Shown here one piece after another: positions 1 through 5,529 of a stretch of DNA of 5,529 nucleotides. Below the pieces are notes generated by a model. It ran no database searches and was not told the DNA's origin. It worked only from the letters and a program-made list of their open reading frames with translations. This stretch comes from a virus (taxonomy: Duplodnaviria > Heunggongvirae > Uroviricota > Caudoviricetes), in IMG/VR virus record IMGVR_UViG_2585427765_000008; one strand, 5' to 3'. The position numbers and the translations under genes are program-made. Positions within the stretch are counted from its first letter, which is position 1, and the number at the start of each line of letters is the position of its first letter.

Positions 1-48
1 ACTGATATTTTCTGCCAGCGTCGGGCGCTGAAATTCACTGTCCGCCAT
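1..48 (-). CDS. Partial CDS: first 16 codons of the next baseplate gene (position of Mu gp47 / baseplate J-like), continuing beyond the window start
   Basis: ATG at 48-46 on the minus strand translates MADSEFQRPTLAENIS and stays open to the window edge. It overlaps the 3' end of the GP46-like gene by 14 bp in another frame. Identity is inferred only from Mu-type gene order; too short to recognise by sequence. Confidence 0.35.
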   Translation of the reverse strand, partial: MADSEFQRPTLAENIS

Positions 49-463
49 GCGTTATCGCACTCCACAGATCATCAAAAGAAATCATTACCGGTCCGTCACG
101 TCGCCAGAGAGTGATACTGTTACCCAGTTCATTAATCCCGGTGCGGCGGATATCCAGATCAATACGGGACACCACACCATCATCAATCATCCATTGCAGG
201 CATTCGCGGATATACCCCCTTACCGTCTGCACCAGCTGATTGGTCAGTTTGCTGCGCTGAAGCAGCCACAGTCGGGAGCCGTAACGGTCATTCTGTACCG
301 CAGGCCAGGTATCCCCCCACCATCCCATCGGGACGTCGGCATTGTCATCAGGCTCAGCCCGCCGCCAGGTGAACAGGGAAATCACCACGGCACGGGTCAG
401 CGGATCCAGCGGTGCGCTGGCACAGGTGCGTTTACCGTTCACCGTCAGCCACAGTTCCATCAT
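35..463 (-). CDS. Phage GP46-family baseplate protein (Mu gp46-like)
   Basis: 142-aa ORF (track) with a length and motifs (LFTWRR, GWWGD) that I recall as typical of the Mu gp46 family. GGAGG at 465-469 on the minus strand lies just upstream; spacing favours the second ATG (460-458) as the start. ATG 463-461 overlaps the TGA (462-460) of the upstream open frame in an ATGA arrangement. Confidence 0.8.
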   Translation of the reverse strand: MMELWLTVNGKRTCASAPLDPLTRAVVISLFTWRRAEPDDNADVPMGWWGDTWPAVQNDRYGSRLWLLQRSKLTNQLVQTVRGYIRECLQWMIDDGVVSRIDLDIRRTGINELGNSITLWRRDGPVMISFDDLWSAITHGGQ

Positions 464-624
464 GCCTCCATCGCTTTATCAGGTTTGTCGGTGTTACTGC
501 CCTGACCGTTCTCTCTGTGACGATGCCCGTTATAGGCAAGCCGCATCGCTGACATGGTGGTGCCGCCGGAGTCGCACAGGTCTTTCACCTGTCCTGTCAC
601 TTCCAGGTCCATTTCAAAACGAGC
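460..624 (-). other. Open frame in the -1 frame relative to the spike gene; probable displaced C-terminal apex of the central spike (or an independent small ORF of up to 51 codons)
   Basis: Hand translation of the minus strand: frame open from the stop at 627-625 to TGA 462-460, reading (A)RFEMDLEVTGQVKDLCDSGGTTMSAMRLAYNGHRHRENGQGSNTDKPDKAMEA. It contains an HxH motif followed by a Gly/Ser/Thr/Pro segment, resembling spike apex regions of gpV/gp45-type proteins. No convincing Shine-Dalgarno precedes its internal ATGs (612-610, 555-553). Its stop overlaps the GP46-like start. Confidence 0.5.
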
Positions 625-1007
625 TTAGGCGCATTGCGAAACGTGATCGTTTTACCTGCACCGTCCACCACGATCCCCGCCCGGGTCAGCGTCACGGACT
701 GCCCCTGATCGTCATAGACAGCCACCTCACCCGTCTGCAGCCCTTTCAGGCGGTAACGCCGATCCGACACCGTAACAACCACCGCATGAGAACGGTCACC
801 ATCCGGAAACAACACCACCGCTTCCGCACCGCTGTTTGCCCTTGCGGTAAAACCGTAAGGTTCAAGATGTTCAACCCCGGCTTTGGGTTCACCGGCAATC
901 AGGGACACATCCACGGTCTGACATTTCGTGGCGGCACTGATGCTTTTCACCACGGCCCGACCAATCAGCCCGAGGAGTTGTCGCTGTATGGTTTCAATCG
1001 CCCTCAT
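597..1007 (-). CDS. Baseplate central spike / assembly protein (Mu gp45, P2 gpV family), apparently truncated at 136 aa by a frameshift
   Basis: 136-aa ORF (track). The N-terminal part has an OB-fold-like gpV signature (GRAVV, PYGF, GAEAVVLFPDGDRSHAVVVTV), followed by short beta-strand-like repeats. Start ATG 1007-1005 overlaps the P-like stop (TGATG). AGGAGG lies about 10 nt upstream. Mu gp45 is about 197 aa as I recall, so 136 aa looks short. Confidence 0.75.
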   Translation of the reverse strand: MRAIETIQRQLLGLIGRAVVKSISAATKCQTVDVSLIAGEPKAGVEHLEPYGFTARANSGAEAVVLFPDGDRSHAVVVTVSDRRYRLKGLQTGEVAVYDDQGQSVTLTRAGIVVDGAGKTITFRNAPKLVLKWTWK

Positions 1008-2086
1008 CAGAACGGGTCCTCCTGTACTCTGGCTTTTTTCTTTTTCCGCGCGCCGGGATCTTCGGGTTCAGGCAGATAAGCATCAGGCGGGCCGACACGG
1101 ATTTCCGTCAGGGTGCCGTTCTGGTCCTGAGTAAACGTGACTTCCGAAACAAGCAGTTCGGTATTGTCGAAACCACAGACCGGATCAAAGACAATCACCC
1201 GCTGGTTGGGCTGCCACAGCGTACCGTTACCCTGTCGCCAGCCCTGCACCACATAGGTGGTTTCATCCGTCCGCGCCGCCCGTTGTCGGGCTTCAAAGTC
1301 AGCACGCGCAATACAGCCTGCCCCCGTGGCCTGCCCTGTCTGCCTGATATACATCGGACGGTAACGGGCAATAAATGCGTCCTCTGTGCGGGCCCGCAGC
1401 GCGGTGGTGGTGGCCTCACCGAAATCATCGTCGTTTCCGGCACGCTGCCCCGCCACCTGGTAAACAGAAAACCGCTCCCGGATACTCTTCTCCGTATCGC
1501 AGGAAAGGATGTTTTCCCCGAGTACTAGCGCGGTATGTGCCCGCGTTGAGCCAATACCGCCAATCACCAGCCTGCCGTGCGGGTCGTCGTAAGCCAGTGC
1601 CTGCTGCTGACCGAGTATTTTGTTGATCACCTCAATCACCGTTTCGCCGTGATCAGGCTGGACATCAGGAATAACGCCCGACGGCGCACCGTTGTTCACC
1701 ACCTCAATGCCGAAAGGCGCAGCAAGCGCCTGCGCAATCTGTACCAGCGATCGTCCGTTAAACTGTGTCGGTTCGGCTGCACAGTCAATCAGGTCAGCGG
1801 TCAGACTACGTCCGGCAATACCGGTGCTGACCGAACGGGCATCGTAACGAACGGGAGTCGCCTCCACCCAGCCGGTGATCACCAGCTCATCACCAATCAG
1901 CACTTCCACTTTTGAACCGTTTTTAATGCGCGGCTGAAGCGTGGTGATACCCTCATCTCCCGGCCACTGGCGGGTGATCTCCACACTGAAATCCCGCGCC
2001 AGCCGTTCAATACCGGCACCGATGCGCACCGATGTCCAGCCATTCCACTCCCGGCCATTTACCCGTAGCGTGACATTGTCGTTCAT
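1007..2086 (-). CDS. Baseplate hub protein (Mu P / gp44 family; phage late control D-like tail protein)
   Basis: 359-aa ORF (track). N-terminus MNDNVTLRVNGREWNGWTSVRIG matches the recalled start pattern of the Mu P family. Start ATG 2086-2084 overlaps the N-like stop TGA 2085-2083 (ATGA). Basic C-terminal tail ARKKKKARVQEDPF. Confidence 0.85.
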   Translation of the reverse strand: MNDNVTLRVNGREWNGWTSVRIGAGIERLARDFSVEITRQWPGDEGITTLQPRIKNGSKVEVLIGDELVITGWVEATPVRYDARSVSTGIAGRSLTADLIDCAAEPTQFNGRSLVQIAQALAAPFGIEVVNNGAPSGVIPDVQPDHGETVIEVINKILGQQQALAYDDPHGRLVIGGIGSTRAHTALVLGENILSCDTEKSIRERFSVYQVAGQRAGNDDDFGEATTTALRARTEDAFIARYRPMYIRQTGQATGAGCIARADFEARQRAARTDETTYVVQGWRQGNGTLWQPNQRVIVFDPVCGFDNTELLVSEVTFTQDQNGTLTEIRVGPPDAYLPEPEDPGARKKKKARVQEDPF

Positions 2087-3411
2087 TGCACTGGCACCTT
2101 CAGAGGGATCACCGGCACAAAGCCGGGATGCGTAATGGCATTACGCCGGATAATGTCCGCGTCACGCGCCGCGTTATCAAACCAGGTCGCCGCCAGCACC
2201 AGCGCGGGTAAAACCTCATCCGGCGTGCGCTGAATGATCCGAGCAGACTGTTCAAGGCGCGTGTTGATATCCGCATTCAGATCTGCTTTCACCCGGCGCA
2301 GCGCCAGAAACAGCGCATCACTGGTTGTACGGGACAACTCCTTATCAATTGCCGTATTCAGTGTGTCGCGAATGTCAGTCAGTTCTTCCCACGTCGGCAG
2401 GTCAACCGTGTTTTTCACCGCCAGTGCATTGTTCAGTGCCGGATGCGTGACGGAAGGCCAGCCAGTGCTCTGCGCAGGTGTTGTTGCCTGCCCCATTGCG
2501 GCATTCTGCATCACCGCGGAAGTTGTTGGCGCAGGCAATCGGGTAACGGCATAGGCCGCTTCGCTGATTGCAGTCGTACGAAGGGTGCTGGCAACCACGT
2601 TACGCTGCTGCGTCGCCGTGACGGTGGTTTTACTGTCCGTTTTCCAGACGCCGCGCGGTTGCAGATCGCTGCCAAGGCTGACACCAGAAAGCGTTTTGAT
2701 CATGGTGACCAGGTCGCTGGCGTTACCATAAAGGCGTTTCCCGGTACGCCACATTTTCTGCACCTGCTCAACGAGATTTTTGCCTGACGATGGCGGCGGC
2801 AGAAGTACCGAGATATCCCCCTGCAACAGCCTGGCGGCATCCGATACGGCAGAATCCACCACTTTCATCGCATCAGAAACATACCCCAGCATTGTGCTGA
2901 CATTACCGACGACGTCGTTCTGCACAAAATCCGCCACGCCATCGATACTGAAACCACTGAAGCTGTCAATGATGCAGTCATCCAGTGCAGAACAGGATGA
3001 CATCAGCGTCTGCGCCGTCGCCGCACCTGAAGTGGGGTAAGAGAGTTCTCCCGCTTCGACAAACTTCAGGTCAAAGCGGACAATACGCCCTTCACTCTTC
3101 GATGTGCTGACCCGAACTTCCCCGTCAACACAGACTTTCAGCTCACCGTAAGTCGGATGGACAAGCGTGCCGGGACCGGGTTTATTCAGCGCGTCAATCA
3201 GGCGATCGCGCTGGTCAAAGCAGTCATCTCCCACCACATAAGCTGTGATGGACGGGCGAAAAGTGATTTTCCCCAGGTCTTCGGTATAGGGTTTGTCGCG
3301 GTTCGGGTATTCGTGCGTTTCCACACGACGACCGGTTCCCGCACTTTCTTCTTCAACCTTAAACGGCACACCGCGAAATGACGCGTCCTGAAGTCTGTCT
3401 TTCCACGTCAT
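2083..3411 (-). CDS. DNA circularization protein N-like tail/baseplate protein (Mu gp43 family)
   Basis: Long minus-strand ORF containing the ASFRGVPF motif near the N-terminus, characteristic of the DNA-circularisation N-terminal domain family. Start chosen at ATG 3411-3409 (MTWKDRLQDASFRGVPF), preceded by GGAG at 3420-3417 with 5-nt spacing. The track's upstream ATGs (3453, 3426) lack a Shine-Dalgarno and would place the hairpin inside the coding sequence. Product about 442 aa. Confidence 0.85.
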   Translation of the reverse strand: MTWKDRLQDASFRGVPFKVEEESAGTGRRVETHEYPNRDKPYTEDLGKITFRPSITAYVVGDDCFDQRDRLIDALNKPGPGTLVHPTYGELKVCVDGEVRVSTSKSEGRIVRFDLKFVEAGELSYPTSGAATAQTLMSSCSALDDCIIDSFSGFSIDGVADFVQNDVVGNVSTMLGYVSDAMKVVDSAVSDAARLLQGDISVLLPPPSSGKNLVEQVQKMWRTGKRLYGNASDLVTMIKTLSGVSLGSDLQPRGVWKTDSKTTVTATQQRNVVASTLRTTAISEAAYAVTRLPAPTTSAVMQNAAMGQATTPAQSTGWPSVTHPALNNALAVKNTVDLPTWEELTDIRDTLNTAIDKELSRTTSDALFLALRRVKADLNADINTRLEQSARIIQRTPDEVLPALVLAATWFDNAARDADIIRRNAITHPGFVPVIPLKVPVQ

Positions 3412-3426
3412 ATAAACTCCGTACAT

Positions 3427-3448
3427 AAAAAATCCCACCGGAGTGGGA
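3427..3448 (-). terminator. Candidate intrinsic terminator or attenuator hairpin between the tape measure and N-like genes
   Basis: On the minus strand: stem TCCCAC (3448-3443), loop TCCG, stem GTGGGA (3438-3433), then TTTTTT (3432-3427) and AT. A perfect 6-bp stem with 4 G:C pairs followed by a U-tract, 21 nt downstream of the tape measure stop and upstream of the favoured N-like start. Confidence 0.35.
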
Positions 3449-3471
3449 CTCATTAACAGATTAATTTTTCA

Positions 3472-4386
3472 TTACCTGCCAAAGCGCGTATAGCCAACAT
3501 CATGGCTGACATCAAAACCGCTGGATCGCGTTTCCATAACCCGCATACCCGGAGGCGAATTCACAAAAGAGACCTTGATCTCACCATCAACTTTTGGCGC
3601 AGAAGCTTTGTTAATTATGAAGGGATTCGGGCCTGTGGCATCGGAGGCGTTGTTTGACTGAGCCGGATCCACCGCCGGATAAGGTGTGTATCCCCGCGCC
3701 GGTATTCCAGTCCCATAAGCATCATAAGCACCCGCGTCCCACTGCGCAGAGTTAATGGCATCGACCGTGTCACCGGAACTGTCGGTAAACCACTCAATAA
3801 TTGGCTTCAGCTTGTCCCACATATCCTGAAACCACTTAACAACCGGTCCCCAGTTATTGATCACCATCCCCAGCGGCGACCAGGCAAAAACTTTCTTAAG
3901 GAGTTCCCAGCCAGCCTCAAAATAAGGACCAATGGTTTCCCAGAGCTTCTTGAAATAAGGTCCGACAACATCCCAGTTAGTGATAATTAATCCCGCAGCC
4001 AGGGCTATCGCCGTCGCAATCATGCCAATCGGCGTCATCGACATGATCCTGCTGACAATGCTGATGGCACTGCCAACGCCCATCAATCCCAGTTTCAGAA
4101 TCGCAAGACCGGCAGCAAGCCCGACGACGCCGCGAATAACCCGGGGATTTTCATCCGCAAACTTCGTGAATTTTTCCCCTAACTCCCCCAGCCATTGCGT
4201 GATATTTTTGGCGTCACCAGAAAATGCGCCGCCAATAGCCGCAAGGCCGTTAGTTGCGGTCCCCGTCATTGCCTCCCACAGGTTGGACAGCGTTCCAAGC
4301 TGGGCCTGAACACGTTTATTCAGGCTGGCCTGTTTATTCATCTTCTGCTGGATCTGATCGTAGCCATCCTTTCCTTTATCGATTAG
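3472..4386 (-). pseudogene. Tail tape measure protein, 3' (C-terminal) fragment; 5' part separated by the IS insertion
   Basis: The 289-aa track ORF (3472-4341) has a long hydrophobic Gly/Ala/Ile-rich segment followed by Trp-rich repeats (WDVVGPYFKKLWE, TIGPYFEAGWE, NNWGPVVKWFQDMWDK), typical of tape measure C-terminal regions, and sits immediately upstream of the N-like gene as in Mu. The frame stays open upstream of ATG 4341 through 4386 and on into IS sequence (first in-frame stop 4524-4522) with no start codon, so the gene was cut at the IS boundary. Confidence 0.8.
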
Positions 4387-4440
4387 TGAACCGCCCCGGG
4401 AATCCTGGAGACTAAACTCCCTGAGAAAGAGGTAAACAGG

Positions 4441-4767
4441 ATGACTAAAAATACTCGTTTTTCCCCCGAAGTCCGTCAGAGAGCGATTCGTATGGTTCTG
4501 GAAAGTCAGGGCGAATATGACTCACAGTGGGCGGCAATTTGTTCCATTGCCCCAAAGATTGGCTGTACACCGGAGACTCTGCGTGTCTGGGTACGCCAGC
4601 ATGAGCGGGATACCGGAGGCGGTGATGGCGGGCTCACCACCGCTGAACGTCAGCGTCTGAAAGAGCTGGAACGTGAAAATCGTGAACTGCGCCGCAGTAA
4701 CGATATCCTTCGCCAGGCTTCCGCTTATTTTGCGAAGGCGGAGTTCGACCGCCTCTGGAAAAAATGA
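4441..4767 (+). CDS. IS3-family transposase OrfA (HTH DNA-binding, leucine-zipper protein)
   Basis: 108-aa ORF (track), [30 protein letters not shown]...[36 protein letters not shown]. It matches, from memory, OrfA of IS629/IS1203 almost residue for residue. GAGG lies 8 nt upstream of the ATG. Confidence 0.9.
   Translation: MTKNTRFSPEVRQRAIRMVLESQGEYDSQWAAICSIAPKIGCTPETLRVWVRQHERDTGGGDGGLTTAERQRLKELERENRELRRSNDILRQASAYFAKAEFDRLWKK
4759..4767 (+). other. Putative -1 programmed ribosomal frameshift site for OrfAB fusion transposase
   Basis: A6 run (4759-4764) spanning the last two Lys codons of orfA, immediately before the orfA stop TGA (4765-4767), with the orfB ATG (4764-4766) in the -1 frame. 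IS3-family elements make their transposase by -1 slippage on A-rich heptamers in this overlap. Confidence 0.5.
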
Positions 4768-5529
4768 TGCCACTGCTGGATAAGCTGCGTGAGCAGTACG
4801 GGGTCGGACCGCTATGCAGCGAACTGCATATTGCCCCGTCAACGTATTACCACTGTCAGCAACAGCGACATCATCCGGATAAACGCAGTGCCCGTGCGCA
4901 GCGCGATGACTGGCTGAAGAAAGAGATACAGCGCGTATACGATGAAAATCATCAGGTGTACGGTGTGCGTAAAGTCTGGCGTCAGTTGTTACGGGAAGGT
5001 ATCAGAGTGGCCAGATGCACTGTGGCACGTCTCATGGCGGTTATGGGACTTGCCGGTGTTCTCCGGGGTAAAAAGGTCCGTACGACCATCAGCCGGAAAG
5101 CCGTTGCCGCAGGCGACCGCGTAAACCGTCAGTTCGTGGCAGAACGACCTGACCAGCTGTGGGTGGCTGATTTTACTTACGTCAGCACATGGCGGGGCTT
5201 CGTCTATGTGGCGTTCATCATTGATGTGTTTGCCGGATACATCGTGGGGTGGCGGGTCTCATCGTCTATGGAAACGACATTCGTGCTGGATGCTCTGGAG
5301 CAGGCGTTATGGGCCCGTCAACCGTCCGGCACAGTCCATCACAGTGATAAAGGTTCTCAGTATGTATCGCTGGCCTACACACAGCGGCTTAAGGAAGCCG
5401 GATTACTGGCATCAACAGGAAGTACTGGTGACTCGTATGACAACGCGATGGCGGAGAGCATCAATGGCCTTTACAAAGCGGAGGTAATACACCGTAAGAG
5501 CTGGAAAAACCGGACAGAAGTGGAGCTGG
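4764..5529 (+). CDS. IS3-family transposase OrfB (DDE integrase core), 3'-truncated by the window edge
   Basis: Hand translation from ATG 4764: [37 protein letters not shown]...[31 protein letters not shown]...[10 protein letters not shown]...[16 protein letters not shown], open to 5529. It is in the -1 frame relative to orfA. Absent from the ORF track, presumably because no stop codon falls inside the window. Confidence 0.9.
   Translation, partial: MMPLLDKLREQYGVGPLCSELHIAPSTYYHCQQQRHHPDKRSARAQRDDWLKKEIQRVYDENHQVYGVRKVWRQLLREGIRVARCTVARLMAVMGLAGVLRGKKVRTTISRKAVAAGDRVNRQFVAERPDQLWVADFTYVSTWRGFVYVAFIIDVFAGYIVGWRVSSSMETTFVLDALEQALWARQPSGTVHHSDKGSQYVSLAYTQRLKEAGLLASTGSTGDSYDNAMAESINGLYKAEVIHRKSWKNRTEVEL

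Larger units (their letters stand above)
4387..5529 (+). mobile_element. IS3-family insertion sequence, IS629/IS1203/IS3411-like, partial (right end beyond the window)
   Basis: Left terminus begins TGAACCGCCCCGGGAATCCTGGAGACTAAAC at 4387, recalled as the IS629 left inverted repeat, with the TG start typical of the IS3 family. It contains orfA and orfB in the classic -1 overlapping arrangement. orfB carries DDE residues (D in DFTY 5169-5171, D in HSDKGSQY 5346-5348, E in LYKAEV 5481-5483). Confidence 0.9.

Noticed and set aside
47-505. 152-aa plus-strand ORF opposite the GP46-like gene
   Set aside because: Antisense shadow of a recognisable GP46-family gene; Pro/His/Gly-rich translation with no recognisable features.
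597-627. Programmed ribosomal frameshift as the explanation for the split spike gene
   Set aside because: No canonical X XXY YYZ slippery heptamer or obvious downstream stimulatory structure in the 600-624 overlap; a mutational indel or sequencing error is more parsimonious, though it cannot be settled from sequence alone.
342-1079. 245-aa plus-strand ORF spanning the spike gene, the gap and the end of the hub gene
   Set aside because: Antisense to two minus-strand genes with recognisable phage-family signatures; the translation is Arg/Cys/Ser-rich and low in complexity, typical of a shadow ORF in GC-rich DNA; no Shine-Dalgarno noted.
1577-2787. Plus-strand ORFs 1577-1915, 2234-2554 and 2443-2787, and minus-strand ORF 1195-1443
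   Set aside because: All lie inside, and antisense or out of frame to, the hub and circularization-protein genes, whose frames are supported by family motifs and coupled boundaries.
3412-3453. Track start (ATG 3453) and the ATG at 3426 for the N-like gene
   Set aside because: Neither has a Shine-Dalgarno, and both would put the hairpin and U-tract inside the coding sequence; ATG 3411 has GGAG at optimal spacing and starts the protein just before the ASFRGVPF motif. The longer forms are not fully excluded.
3980-4386. Plus-strand ORFs 3980-4309 and 4195-4386, the latter ending exactly at the IS boundary
   Set aside because: Antisense to the tape measure fragment; the stop TAG at 4384-4386 abutting the IS looks coincidental (it may be the target-site triplet).
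4522-5487. ORFs inside the IS: minus 4522-4842, plus 4942-5124 and plus 5206-5487
   Set aside because: Alternative-frame or antisense ORFs within the orfA/orfB coding region; the in-frame orfB translation carrying the DDE motif explains this sequence.
1-5529. Novel defence system, toxin-antitoxin pair, CRISPR array, tRNA or other RNA gene
   Set aside because: No short direct repeats with spacers, no tRNA-like structures noticed, and no unexplained ORF pair; every ORF with a plausible start is accounted for by phage tail/baseplate or IS functions.

Overview
This window holds the tail/baseplate module of a Mu-like (myovirus) prophage on the minus strand, interrupted by an IS3-family insertion sequence on the plus strand. 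Reading the minus strand from high to low coordinates: a tail tape measure gene 3' fragment (3472-4386, cut at 4386/4387 by the IS), a terminator-like hairpin, a DNA-circularization protein N-like gene (2083-3411), a baseplate hub P-like gene (1007-2086), a central spike gp45/gpV-like gene that appears split by a frameshift (597-1007 plus a -1 frame tail at 460-624), a GP46-family gene (35-463), and the first 16 codons of the next baseplate gene (1-48). The IS (4387 to the window end, partial) is recognised from memory as IS629/IS1203/IS3411-like, with orfA (4441-4767) and a 3'-truncated orfB (4764-5529) in the -1 frame. All large plus-strand ORFs across the phage region are antisense shadows of these genes. 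I find no evidence of a novel defence or other undescribed system: every sizeable ORF is accounted for by phage tail or IS functions. The most interesting observations are two independent lesions in the tail module (IS insertion in the tape measure gene; split spike gene with an HxH apex motif stranded out of frame), which suggest a decaying prophage, and a terminator-like hairpin between the tape measure and baseplate genes. All homology calls are from recalled family signatures, not database searches.
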